Origin: Mobula birostris
Taxonomy: Eukaryota
Assembly: GCF_030028105.1 (NCBI RefSeq)
Contig: NC_092370.1
Location: 35,660,643-35,724,642 of the forward strand
Reading direction: 5' to 3'
Length of the DNA: 64,000 nucleotides
In this document: piece by piece, positions 12,594 through 24,959 of the stretch
Layout of the letters: each line of letters begins with the position of its first letter
Position numbering within the stretch: the stretch's first letter is position 1
Notes under the pieces: generated by a model
Seen by the model: only the letters and a program-made list of their open reading frames with translations
The model's database searches: none
What the model was told of the DNA's origin: nothing
Translations under genes and position numbers: made by a program

Positions 12594-13148
12594 CAACAGG
12601 AATTCTGCAGATGCTGGAAATACATTTTAATTCCACATCCCATTCCCATTCTGACAGGTCTATCCACGGCCTCCTCTACTGTAAAGGTGAAGCCACACTC
12701 AGTTTGGAGGAACAACACCTTATATTCCGTCTGGGTAGCCTCCAACCTGATGGCATGAACATCGACTTCTCTAACTTCCGCTAAGGCCCCACCTCCCCCT
12801 CGTACCCCATCTGTTACTTATTTTTATGCACACATTCTTTCTCTCAGTCTCCTTTTTCTCCCTCTGTCCCTCTGAATATACCTCTTGCCCATCCTCTGGG
12901 TCCCCCCGCCCCCGTCTTTCTTCCCGGACCTCCTGTCCCATGATCCTCTCGTATCCCCTTTTGCCTATCACCTGTCCAGCTCTTGGCTCTATCCTTCCCC
13001 CTCCTGTCTTCTCCTATCATTTTGGATCTCCCCCTCCCCCTCCAACTTTCAAATCCCTTACTCACTCTTCCTTCAGTTAGTCCTGACGAAGGGTCTCAGC
13101 CTGAAACGTCGACTGCACCTCTTCCTACAGATGCTGCCTGGCCTGCTG
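12594..13148 (+). mobile_element. Nested Penelope insertion (GIY-YIG end + terminal repeat) inside the RT of a same-family element
   Basis: Flanked by CGAAAAAGCAGGCATA at 12578-12593 and 13149-13164; the host RT resumes after the second copy. Confidence 0.85.
13079..13114 (+). ncRNA. Minimal hammerhead ribozyme motif (intact core)
   Basis: AGTC-CTGACGA-A-GGGT(CTCA)GCCT-GAAA-CGTC-GACT. Confidence 0.75.
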
Positions 13149-14824
13149 CGAAAAAGCAGGCATAGCTGGGACCCATATGGGTGCCCATGGCTACACCTTT
13201 AGTTTGGAGGAAGTGGGGGGAGCCAATGGAGAAATTGTTAAGAGTAAGGACTGATTCCACTAGATGGAGGAGAGTGGTGGTAGAGGGGAACTGGTTATGC
13301 CTGGAATCCAAAAAGAAGTGGAGAGCTTTGAGACCTTCCTGGTGGGGGATAGAGGTAAATAGAGACTGAACATCCCTGGTGAAAATAGGGCGGTGGGGAC
13401 CAGGGAACTTAAAATCATTGAAAAGATTCAGAGTGTGAGAAATGTCACGAACATAGGTGGAAGGGGATTGAACAAGGGGGGGATAAAACAGTGTCGAGAT
13501 ATGCAGAAATAAGTTGGGTGGGGCAGGAGCAAGATGAGACAATGGGTCTATCTGGGCAGGCAGGTTTGTGGATCTTGGGTAGGAGGTAGAAACGGGAAGT
13601 GCCGGGTGTGGGAACTATAAGGTTGGTAGCAGTGGATGGGAGATCCCCTGAGTGGATAAGGTTGGTGGTGGTGTGGGAAACAATGGCCTGGTGCTACTTA
13701 GTGGGGTCATGATTGAGGGTTAAATAAGAGGAGGTATCTGCCAGTTGACGCTGTGCCTCGGCAAGGTAGAAGTCAGTACGCCAGACTACAACAGCACCCC
13801 CCTTATCGGCGGGTTTTATAGTAAGGCTAGGATTAGTGCGGAGGGAGTGGAGAGCACAGCATTTGGAAGGAGTGAGGTTGGAATTGGAACAAGGTGTGGT
13901 GAAGTCGAGACAGTTACTGTCCCCTTCATCTAGCGGAATTAGTCCTTACTTTGATTTCTCCTTTGGCTCTTCCCACTTCCTCCAAAGTAAAGGTGTAGCC
14001 GTGGGCACCCATATGGGTCCCAGCTATGCCTGTCTTTTCGTTGGCTTTGTGGAACAATTCATATTCCAAGCCTATACTGGTATCTGTCCCCCTCCTTTCC
14101 TTCGCTACATTGACTGCATTGGCGCTGCTTCCTGCACGCATGCTGAGCTCATTGACTTCATTAACTTTGCCTCCAACTTTCACCCTGCCCTCAAGTTTAC
14201 CTGGTCCATTTCTGACACCTTTCTCCCTTTTCTTGATCTTTCTGTCTCTACTGATGTCTACTATAAGCCTACAGACTCTCACAGCTATCTTCCCACCCTG
14301 TCTCTTGCAAAAATGCCATCCCCTTCTTGCAATTCCTCTGTCTCCGCCACATCTGCTCTCAGGATGAGGCTTTTCATTCCAGGATGAAGGAGATGTCTTC
14401 CTTTTTTTTTTAAAAAGGCTTCCCTTCTTCCACCATCAACTCTGCTCTCAAACCCATCTCTCCCATTTCACACACATCTACTCTCACCCCATCCTCCTGC
14501 CACCCCACTAGGAATAGGGTTCCCCTTGTCCTAACCTACCACTCCAACAGCCTCTGGGTCCAACGTATAATTCTAAGTAACTTATGCGGTCTCCAATTGG
14601 ATACCACCACCAAGCACATCTTTCCCTCTCCCCCCCCCCCTTCTGCTTTCCGCAGGGATCGCTCCCTACGCAACTCCGTGTGCCAGTTCTTTTCTCCACC
14701 ACATGATTAGTCATAGTGTAGAGAAATGGATTTGCAGAAAACTTTAATTGGTGTGCATACTACATACACAGTTCCATGCTGGTGGTTACATTATCAAAAT
14801 CAGGTGGAACACCAGGTTAGTTGT

Positions 14825-15130
14825 CTATCATGAGTAAAGCCCTACCTACATGGAGTGCTGCTGCAGGAAAGCAGCATCCATCATCAAGGACCCCCACCAT
14901 CCAGGCCATGCTGTCTTCTCAGTGCTGCCATCAGGAAGAAGGTACAGGTGCCTCAGGACCCATTACCAGATTCAGGAACACTCACCTCCACTTGTCCCAT
15001 CACTGAACTGGACTCGCTTTCAAACACTGTCCATTTTGTTCTTAATGTTCATTGCTTGCTTGCTTGCTTTATTTATTTATTTAGTGTTTTCACAGTTTGT
15101 TGTCTTCTGCACATAAGTTTGTCAGTGCAT
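14825..15130 (+). mobile_element. Rex1/Babar-like LINE 3' fragment
   Basis: CCRKAASIIKDPHHPGHAVFSVLPSGRRYR, a typical ORF C-terminus, followed by T-rich UTR. Confidence 0.85.
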
Positions 15131-15134
15131 TAGG

Positions 15135-17794
15135 GACGCAGAATCAAACGGTGGCAAATCATTGCACGGAGTATAAAAAATAAGGTGGATGATCTCGTTG
15201 TAGTATTATAGATGGTCATCTGGGATGTTGTGGCCACCACTGAATTGTGGCTGAAAGGTGGTTGTAGTCGAGAGCTGAGTGTCCAAGGTTACATGTTGTA
15301 TCGGAGGGTTAGGAAGGTAAGCAGAGGGGCTTGGTGGGGCTCTGCTGGTAAAGAATGGCATCAACTCGGTAGAAAGATGAGACATAGGATCAGAAGATTT
15401 TGAATCCTTGTGGGCTGAGTTAAGAAACTGCAAGGGTAAAAGGACTCTGGTTATGTACAGGCCTCCTAACAGTAGCAGAATTGTGGACCACAGATTACAA
15501 TGGGAAATAGAAAATGCATATCAAAAGGGCAATGTTATGACAGTCATGGGAGATTTCAACATGCAGGTCAGTTGGGAAAATCAAGTGTGGTAATGGATTT
15601 CGAGAGTGAGTTTTTTGAATGCCTGCGAGATGACTTTTTAGAGCAGTTTGTTGTTGGGCCTTCTAGGGAACCAGTTATACTGGATATGGGCGTTATGTAA
15701 TGAACCGGAGGTGAAGGTTAAAAAACGCTTAGGAGGCAGTGATCACAATATGATTGAGTTCAACTTGAAATTTGATAGGGAGAACGTAAAGTCTGACATA
15801 GCAGTGTTTCAGTAGAGTAAAGGAAATTACAGTGATACTCCAGTTCATTACATAACGCCCATATCCAGTATAACTGGAATGAGTTGCTGGCAGGGATGAC
15901 AGCAGAGCAGCAATGGTTAGAGATTCTCGAAGAATGAGGAAGGTATAGGATAGATGTATTCCAAAACAAAGAAATACTCAAATGGCAAATAGTCCAACCA
16001 TGGCTGACAAGCAGAAGAGAGGGCATACAACAACGCAAAAATTAGTGCTAAGACAGAGGAGTGGGAAGCTTTTAAAACCTACAGAGAGCAACTAGAAGTA
16101 TCATTAGGAGGGAAAAGATCAAATATGAAAGCAAGCTAGCAAATAATATCAAAGTGGATAGTAAAAGCTGCTTTTAATTTAAAAAATAAGTGAGATGAGA
16201 GTATATATAGAACTGCTAGAAAATTAGGCTTGGGGAATAATAACGGGGCAAGGAGATGGCAGATTAACTAAATGAGTAATTTGCATCAGTCTTCAATGTG
16301 GAAGACACTAGCAGTGTGCCAGATGTTGTAGTGTGTGAAGGAAGAGAAATGAGTGCAGTTACTATTACATGGGAGAAGATGCTCAGAAAACTGAAAGACC
16401 GAAGGGCACATAAGTCACCCGGACCAGATGAACTGCACCCTAGGTAGAGATAGTAGAGGTAGTAGAGGCAGAGATAGCGGTAGAGATTGTGGAAGCATTA
16501 GTAATGATCTTTCAAAAATCAAAAAATTCAAGAAGCATGGTGCCAGAAGACCGAAAAATTGGAAATGTCACTCCACCCTTTAGAAAAGGAGTAAGGCAAC
16601 AGAAAGGAAACTGTAGACCAGTTAGCCTGATCTCAGTGGTTGGGTAGATGTTGGAGTCAATTATTAAGGATGAGGTTATTTAGTACTTGGTGACACAGGA
16701 CAAGATAGTACAAAGTAGGTATGGTTTCCTTCAGAGAAAATCTTGCCTGACGAACCTGTTGGAATTCTTTGAGAGATTACACATAGGTTAGATAAAGGGG
16801 ATGCAGTGGATGTTGTACATTTGGACTTTCAGAAGGCCTTTGATAAGGTACCACATATATTAAGAGTCCATGGTATTGCAGGAAAGTTACTGGCATGTTT
16901 AGAGCATTGGTTGATTGGTTGGAGGCGGTGAGTGGGAATAGGGATCCTTTGGTTGACTGCCAGCGACTAGTGGTGTTCTGCAGGGATAGGTTTTGGGACT
17001 ACTTTTTAAAAATTCTCTATATCAATGATTTAGATGTCGGAATAGATGACTTTGTTGCCAAGTTTGCAGAAACGAAGATTGGTGGAGGGGCAGGTAGTAT
17101 TGGGGAAACGGGGAGGATACGGAAGGACTTGGACAGATTACGAGAATGGGCAAGAGAGTGGCAGATGAAATACAACGTTGGAAAATGCATGGTCATGCAC
17201 TTTGGTAGTAGAAATAAATGTGCAGACTATTTTCTAAACAGGGAGAAAATCCAAAAATCTGAGTTGCCAAGGGACTTGGGAGTCTTTGTGCAGAACAACC
17301 TAAAGGTCAACCTGCGGGTAGAGTTAGTGGTGGGGAAGGCAAATACAATATTGGCATTCATTTCAGGAGCTGTATCCTCACTGGAATTTAGAAGGATTCA
17401 GGGTTTGGGGGATCTCATTGAAACCTTCTGAATATTGAAAGGCCTAGACAGAGTAGAAGTGGGAAAGATGTTTCCTGTGGTGGGGGAGTTTAGGATGAGA
17501 GGGCACAGTCTCAGGATAGAGGAGTGTCCATTTAAAATAGAAGCTGAGAAATTTCCTTAGCCAGAGAGTGGTGGGTTTGTAGAATTTATTACCACAGGCA
17601 GCTGTGGAGGCCGGGTCATTGAGTGTATTAAGGCAGAGTTTGTTAGGTTCTTGATTGCACCGGGCATTAAAGGTTATGGGCAGATGGCTGGGGAGTGGGG
17701 CTGAGATGGGGGGAAAAGAGAGTCAGTTGTGATAGAATGGTGGAGCAGACTCGATGGGCCAGATGGCCTAATTCTACTCTTGTGTTTTATGGTC
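15135..17794 (+). mobile_element. CR1 LINE, decayed ORF2 (APE endonuclease + RT + 3'UTR)
   Basis: YRPPN/MGDFN endonuclease motifs, LYINDLD..VAKFA, and a GGGCC.GATGGCCT..TTATGGTC tail; many stops and frameshifts. Confidence 0.95.
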
Positions 17795-17882
17795 CAGTTG
17801 GGTGTGGTCTTTCAATGATGTCATTGTGTTTCTTGGATTTACTGTGTCCGGCTGCAAAAAAAAATCTCAGGGTTGTATTTGG

Positions 17883-19308
17883 CAGACATCCCACCCTGCA
17901 AAAACTCATTTCAGGGAGGTAGCACCCCTGCCCCCCGCAACCTCATATCTCCCACCCCGCCCCCGGTCGACCTCCAAGCGTGTATGTAATACTTTAGTGA
18001 TTTTGTCTAATCTGTAAACCAAGTTGGGTATATGCAGAAAATGTGACATTAAAGTATGTACTTATATTATCATGTTTATTCTATTACAACTTTAAGCAAG
18101 TCTACAGGGAATTTGGCCTCATCAGGTAGGACATCAATAGCGTAGCTCCTTAGCAGCCAGCCAGTTAATTTAAAAAACGTTAGCTATGCTAATGAACGAA
18201 TGACACCTGTTAAGCTCACCTCAACACGTCTTTTACATTTTAACCCACCATGGACAATAGAAAAGTCACTGTTGCAAACAGTGCAGCGAGCAACAGTGTC
18301 ATTATTTTTGAGGTCGACTGTAAAGCCTGCCCAGAGAGAAAACTGATAGGTCTACTTAGCAGGGGTCTCCAATCTTTTTTGCACCAGGGACCGGATTAAT
18401 ACTGACAATATTCTTGCGGACTGGCTGACCTGGGGGTGGGGGGGGGGTGTTAATCACGACTGGAATATAGGTGATGTCAACTATAAGTCACTTATAAGTG
18501 GCTAATACACTCAATTTAGTTTCTAAAAGGGTTTATCTAACGAATTTAATATTAAACACTGCATATTTTCCTCGCATGAATATAGTGATAAGTCAATTGT
18601 AAGTCAATAGTATCATAACATTTTAAGTAACATTTGGATATTAAACACACAGTGCATATTTTCCTCATATGAACATATAAAATCATTGCAACACACCAGT
18701 ATCGCTGAATCAGTGGGTGCCCTGGGCTTGTTTTCCTGTAACAAGATGCTCCCATCGAGGGGTGATGGGAGACAGCAATATTCGAAGGGGGTTCCTTATG
18801 TCCAGTCTATTCCGCAATTTAGTTTTCGTTGCATTCATTGCAGAGATATGTTGGAAATGAAAGCAACGTTTTCAGTGCTTTCGTGGCTATCTCAGGATAT
18901 TCAGTCTTGACTTTGATCCAGAATGCCGGCAAAGATGTTACGTCAAACATACTTTTCGGCTCGCCGTCATTTGCTAGCTCGAGGAGTTGATCTTCCCACG
19001 CTGACACGGATGACGCATGCGTAATGACCTTGCGTGCGTTCAAGTTCAACAGTGCATGACAGGGAGTGAGGAAAGGTGCAGCTGACTTGTACCGTTTCAC
19101 ATCACCAAATCCTATTGTTTCCTCGCGGCCTGGTGGTTGGGGACCACTCTTAGCACAAAGAGAGACCAAACAGGATGCTGGTTCTCCCTCTCCCTCTGTT
19201 TCTCAAAAGAATTGATTTCTGGGATATTGTATATAATTTCCGGGTGTCAGGGAGCCACTATCAATATGCGGGAGACTACCGGAACTTCCGGGAGAGGAGG
19301 GATGTCTG
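17883..19308. mobile_element. Non-autonomous DNA transposon (hAT/Tip100-like) inserted in a LINE 3' tail
   Basis: TIRs CAGACATCCC ... GGGATGTCTG; flanks ATTTGG/ATATGG may be a 6-bp TSD. Splits a Rex1-like tail (CTCAGGGTTGT|ATATGGTGAC). Confidence 0.7.
18360..19148 (-). mobile_element. hAT-Charlie/Buster-type element with transposase C-terminal fragment, nested
   Basis: TIRs CAGGGGTCTCCAA ... TTGGGGACCACT; CTTAG on both flanks. ORF 18819-19169 gives LLELANDG..FWIKVKTEYPEIATKALKTLL..PTYLC (hAT dimerisation domain). Confidence 0.85.
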
Positions 19309-20196
19309 ATATGGTGACGCATATGTACTCTGAATTTACTTTGAACTTTTAAACCTTGCTTTGCACTGATTCGGGCATGTGTTTAAGACTTGTGAGTGGA
19401 GGGAGACTTTGAAGCTGAGTAAGTGAGCTGGTTAGTGTATCTATACTGTGTCCTCTCAGCTCTTATGTTAAATAGCAGATCTGGTTGAATATGTGTCACC
19501 CTCCAAGTGACGTTGAATACGTTGAAACTTAGCACGTTTGGGTTTGGGTCTGATTGTGACTTGCTGGAAATTATAATTGTCTTCCTGACACTTACTGGGC
19601 AATGTTCAAATGTTGTTTTGGAATTGGTACTTAATAGCTCAGCTGCTTTTTACTGAAGTTGTACAAATGGACTTGAGCAGTGTGAAGCTGTTGAACTGTG
19701 CATTAGCTCTAGGAAAGCCACTGGTGAAGCAGCTAAAATTAATAGTTTTTCTGACCAGCTTAGATAGTTACAGATGCACTGGGGCTCTTAACCTCCAGTA
19801 GTCAAGATCACGTTCATTCATAAGTTTATCCAGTAAATGTGGAGCATTCTCCTGGCTCTCTTTTGCTGAACCTCTTTTCCAAAACTGAGGTTATTAAGGG
19901 AATGTAATGGGCAAGTGAAGTTTTACATCACATGAACAAGATACCATTTTTGAACAGTTAAAATGACATTCTAACAACGCTGAATGGGTGACTAAAGTTA
20001 ATAAATTAAAATCAACAGTGTGTAATTATTACCAACACCGATGCTTATTTAGCTGAATTGTATGTATTGATTCTTTTGAACCATTAATGTGTAGACTTCA
20101 GTCATCCTATGTTGTTATGGAAGATTCTAGACGAAGTAGATTTTCAAGAATGGTCAAAAGATTTACTGTGAAGCTTCATAATCTGTATTTTTAATT

Positions 20197-20970
20197 AGTC
20201 ATAGTCATACTTTATTGATCCCAGGGGGAAATTGGTTTTCGTTACAGTTGCACCATAAATAATAGTAATAGAACCATAAATAGTTAAATAGTAATATGTA
20301 AATTATGCCAGTAAATTATGAAATAAGTCCAGGACCAGCCTATTGGCACAGGGTGTCTGACCCTCCAAGGGAGGAGTTGTAAAGTTTGATGGCCACAGGC
20401 AGGAATGACTTCCTATGACACTCTGTGCTGCCTCTTGGAGGAATGAGTCTCTGGCTGAAAGTACTCCTGTGCCCACCCAGTACATTATGTAGTGGATGGG
20501 AGACATTGACCAAGATGGCATGCAACTTAGACAGCATCCTCTTTTCAGACACCACCGTGAGAGAGTCCAGTTCCATCCCCACAACATCACTGGCCTTTCG
20601 AATGAGTTTGTTGATTCTGTTGGTGTCTGCCACCCTCAGCCTGCTGCCCCAGCACACAACAGCAAACATGATCGCACTGGCCACCACAGGCTCGTAGAAC
20701 ATCCTCAGCATCGTCTGGCAGATGTTAAAGGACCTCAGTCTCCTCAGGAAATAGAGACGGCTCTGACCCTTCTTGTAGACAGCCTCAGTGTTCTTAGACC
20801 AGTCCAGTTTGTTGTCAGTACGTATCCCCAGGTATTTGTAACCCTCCATCATGTCCACACTGACCCCCTGGATGAAAACAGGGGTCACCAGTACCTTAGC
20901 TCTCCTCAGGTCTACCACCAACTCCTTAGTCTTTTTCACATTAAGCTGCAGATAATTCTGCTCACACCAT
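20197..20970 (-). mobile_element. Rex1/Babar-like LINE, 5'-truncated, young
   Basis: Uninterrupted 199-aa ORF (KTKELVVD..YKYLG..SRLYFLRRL); tail AATAAAG(TATGAC)2 on the minus strand. Confidence 0.9.
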
Positions 20971-22619
20971 AGCCTTAATTTATGCAGAATCTTGGAATTT
21001 GCAAAAAAAAATCTTGTGTATATAAAATACTCTTTTCAAGACTAGGCCTTGGCCTACTTAATTGCATCATTTTGCAAAAACGTTTCAATATACAAAGTTT
21101 CTTTGAAAATCTATTTTGAAATAGTGGTAAATTAGTATTTCAGACTTGTACCATTTATAAAATATGCTTATTATCTTTGCTTTTTTAATTGGCAAGCAAT
21201 TAGTGAATATTTTCTTTCCAGCAAACAGTAGTGACATGATGTGTTTATCCCACGTATATCTGCATTCCTACGTTCTCGCAATCTATTAGACATGCTCTGC
21301 CTTTCTTTACGTGTCATAAGATATTGTCAGTTTCCCTGTTTTACGTTCTGAGTGTCTTGATTGCTGTCTGGGACAAGGCTACGAATGGCACATGTGCATT
21401 ACAGCAGACCTCCATGAGATGCATGCCATTACTCACCTCCAATATTAACAGCTCGAGGTTGGTCATGTGACAGTAATGTCCTACTCCTTTGGGAGCCCTG
21501 CACTACAGCCAATTGCTCTTCGGAGGTGCCAATACAAAAACTCACATTCATCAGAAATGTTGTGATCCCACTTTGGTAGTATTTTTCTTGATTTCCACAA
21601 AGCCTAACGAATGCAATGTGCCAAGCAAAGCCAGAATCTTGCCTGGGGCAAATGTCAAATAAAGTATTAGGTGATTATTATCCTGGCATGTCTCATTGGC
21701 GCTCATGTAAATCCTTGTTAATTGGACCAGAGGGTCACTAGACATGGTCATAAATTAAATCATGTTTGTTTTTCATAATAGCAGAGGAGACTGAAAGTAC
21801 AACTCGTGATTACGGGATTTTGACAAGAGTAATAGTGAAATCTGGCTCTACCCTCAATGAAATTGCACTAACAGATTGTGCTCACATTTGAGTTAATGCA
21901 AGTTCTTAGTGAGGATTGAATTTTGGCTTGAGAACTTGGCATTATTTTCCTGGTGTATAGTTCACCCAGGTGATAACAGTGGCAGTGTAATGCTTAATAT
22001 TGATATCTGAATGTCGTTAACTTGACGCTGCTTCACAGAAGGAATAATCTTGTGCTGAAGACTCAGTGCGTTATTTAAATGTTCAGACACACCTGTTCTG
22101 CAGTCAGAAGCAGAATGTTGCACAGCTTTCTGTAAAACATAACCTCAACAAGATTGACCTATAAGAGGACCCCAAGCACCAGTTGCTTGCAGCAGGTTAA
22201 CATCAAAATTTAAGTGGTCAGAATTGCCAGAAGAAATTCTGCAAATTAAAAAATCACATGTTTATCTGAATAGAAATTAATTTTTTTAAAAACTGGAGGA
22301 AGACTTGTGACAAGAATTGTCAAGGAAGTGAAGGCCCACTGTGAATGTCTGTACATTTGGACGCCCTGTGCTGAAGCCAGTGCAAAATTTCTATTTACCA
22401 AAAAATAAACAGTTCTTCTTTGCTGGGAGAGCTTCTCTTAACTTCTGCACATAACAGTGAGCAGCAAAGTGTCATTTGTGACTTTTCGTAACTAAGAATC
22501 CTGTGGCAAGGTTTCTGCGAACAAGGGTGACCCTGACTCTGACTTGGACCTTGTTTATGTTAGCTATTTGCAGGTTGTCAAGCAAACAGAAATGTCAGGG
22601 TCAGCGTTGCCGTTAGAAA

Positions 22620-22910
22620 CCTTGCCTTGCTAGGCATCTGTTAATTCAGGAAAAGTCCCGTGATGCAATTTTGAAGAATTTTAGATGAGTTATTCCTCAT
22701 GTCCTGGCCAATATTTGTCCCTTAACATTTCTATATCTGATTATTTGGCCATAGTCACATCACTGTTGTGAGAACTTGCTGTGTGTACAAATCGGCTCCT
22801 GTTTCCAATATTACAACAGTGGCAACACCAAAACGACTTCATTAGCTGCTTAATACTTTGGGACGATCTGAAAACATTGTGAAAATGGTATGAATGCAAG
22901 TGTGATTTTT
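22620..22910 (+). mobile_element. Deu-domain SINE (SacSINE1/AmnSINE-related) with L2-type tail
   Basis: TTTTGAAGAA...TGTCCTGGCCAATATTT.TCCCT...CTTGCTGTGTG.ACAAAT.GGCT...ATTACAACAGTG...CTTTGGGACG...ATGCAAGT. Confidence 0.75.
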
Positions 22911-24239
22911 TAAAAAGTATTCACGCGAAAAAAAATTAAGAGAAAGGTAAATATAGATGGCAAAAAGGATCAAAATTTACTGGACAGCAAATTTTTTTGA
23001 AACTGTGGCTTCCTCAGAAATCTTTTGTGGTTTTGATAGACCACTTGAAATTGAACATTAATATAATTTCGGGCTACTTGTATCATGTTGGAATTTAGAG
23101 AAGCAAGAAATAAACTTTTATTGAATTTAATTGCATTACAGTGCTGATGCCTTACAATAGTTCAACTGAGCTAAAAATGTTTTGTTGATTTTCATTTGTA
23201 CTCAGTGTGAGGCTTCTCGCTTAAGTGTCCAACAATTATCAGCCAGCACTGATGGATTCCAGTTGCCCTGATACCTTTTCTCCATGAGCACAATGTCCTG
23301 GTGAAACCTTTCACCATGCTCGTCACTGACAGTGCCAGGATTTGCAGAGAAGTCATCTAAATGGGAAGGCAGAAAATGAATCTAGAGTAACATGTCGCAC
23401 TTCATATTTTTGTATGCTTGAAGCATACTGTCAACCAATTGCATATAGTGTGGTGCTCTGTAGTTGCCTAGAAAATTTTCAACGATATCCTTGAATACCT
23501 TCCATGTGATTTTTCTCTGGTCCTACTAGAAATTGTTTGAATTGCCTGTTTGATTTATGGACTAACAAAAATGCCTTCCTTAATCTTGGCAATGGTTATT
23601 TTGGGAAACATATGTCTCGAATATCAAAATCTTTCTTGGACACTTGCGTCTGGTGACAACAGGTTCCATCCTTGCAGACTTGAACCCTGTAATTCTGCTT
23701 TTGTCTTTGACAAACCCAAGTCTCTGACCAGGTTATTTAACTCCAATTGAGTTATCAGATGAGGCTCACTTGACATAAAGGATTCAAAATCTGTATCAGT
23801 TCAGTGTCATTTCCCATTCCTAGCTTGTGCATCATAGCATCTTCACCTCTAGACTCCATGTCTCCGGTGACTTCAGCACTGGAAGACTATCATCATGTGG
23901 CACATGTCTCATGGCTGCAAGAAGATTTGGGTAAGCAATAGATTTTTTGTTTTCAGCAGAGAAACTAGACCCACTGGTCAGACAGAAGTCGCTGTCTATC
24001 ACCTGATCCTTCTGTTCTCACTGTATCACTGGGGCAGTGAACAGCGTTGACTTCCAAGTACCTCTCAGCCAAGCTCTAAAATTGACCGCATGTGGTACGC
24101 ATCAAATGTGAGGAACCTAGGCTTTGTCTTGATTCCAATTTTACACCCAAAGTAGACCTCATAGGCTTTCTTAATAAGAGGAGTCTTGCTCTGACTTGTG
24201 AATTTAAGCGTATACTCGCCACAAATATAACAAAGTATT

Positions 24240-24434
24240 GCAACACACACAAAAAATGCTGGTGAACGCAGCAGGCCAGGCAGCATCTATAGGAAGAGGT
24301 ACAGTCAACGTTTCGGGCCGAGACCCTCCGTCAGGACCTCTTCCTATAGATGCTGCCTGGCCTGCTGTGTTCACCAGCATTTTTTGTGTGTGTTGCTTGA
24401 ATTTCCAGCATCTGCAGATTTCCTGGTGTTTGCG
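24240..24434. mobile_element. Penelope-derived fold-back mini-element with central hammerhead and TSD
   Basis: 61-bp inverted arms at 24240-24300 and 24336-24396; TATAACAAAGTATTGCA duplicated at 24226-24242 and 24435-24451. Confidence 0.9.
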
Positions 24435-24959
24435 TATAACAAAGTATTGCAGTTGTTGCAATATTGGTGAGACATTTTGTGATCACAAATGCTGCGGAAA
24501 AAACTATACTTCTAATGAGTACACACAATATACTGTGTGCATGAAGCATGCACATCAATGTGATTGCAAACTGTAATACATGTAAACACAAAGCATAGAA
24601 TGGTGTGTGCATGATGCTTTTATAGCCTTTCTAAAACCTGTCCTGCCATTCAGCATCCACACTGCCTAAGCATGCTCAGGTATGCCTGGACAAGGTAGAA
24701 AACTTTTCAGCTTACATTGTGGGCAACATTTTAATTAACTTCAATTATGAATTGAAATAACAAATAAAGGCAATTTTTTAAAAAATGGTGCGTGATAGTG
24801 GAATTTCATTTTCATGATCAGCAGCCCAAAATTCTTAAAATACACCCAAATGTATTCAGGAAGCAAAATCTTTGTTGTCCAGTGAAATTTGTTTTTTTTA
24901 AAACTCGTACTCAGCTGAGTTTGATTTTATAAATCCAAACAAATGATTCATTCATTCAA

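Larger units (their letters stand above)
11001..14680 (-). mobile_element. Rearranged Neptune-like Penelope element (RT + Cys linker + GIY-YIG) with inverted 5' segment
   Basis: Minus strand: KPADKGG (~13800), KGVAMGTHMGPSYAC, thumb, Cys linker, GVIYCIQ..LLYIGET (11450-11752), then terminal repeat. 13954-14680 is the same RT on the + strand. Confidence 0.9.
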
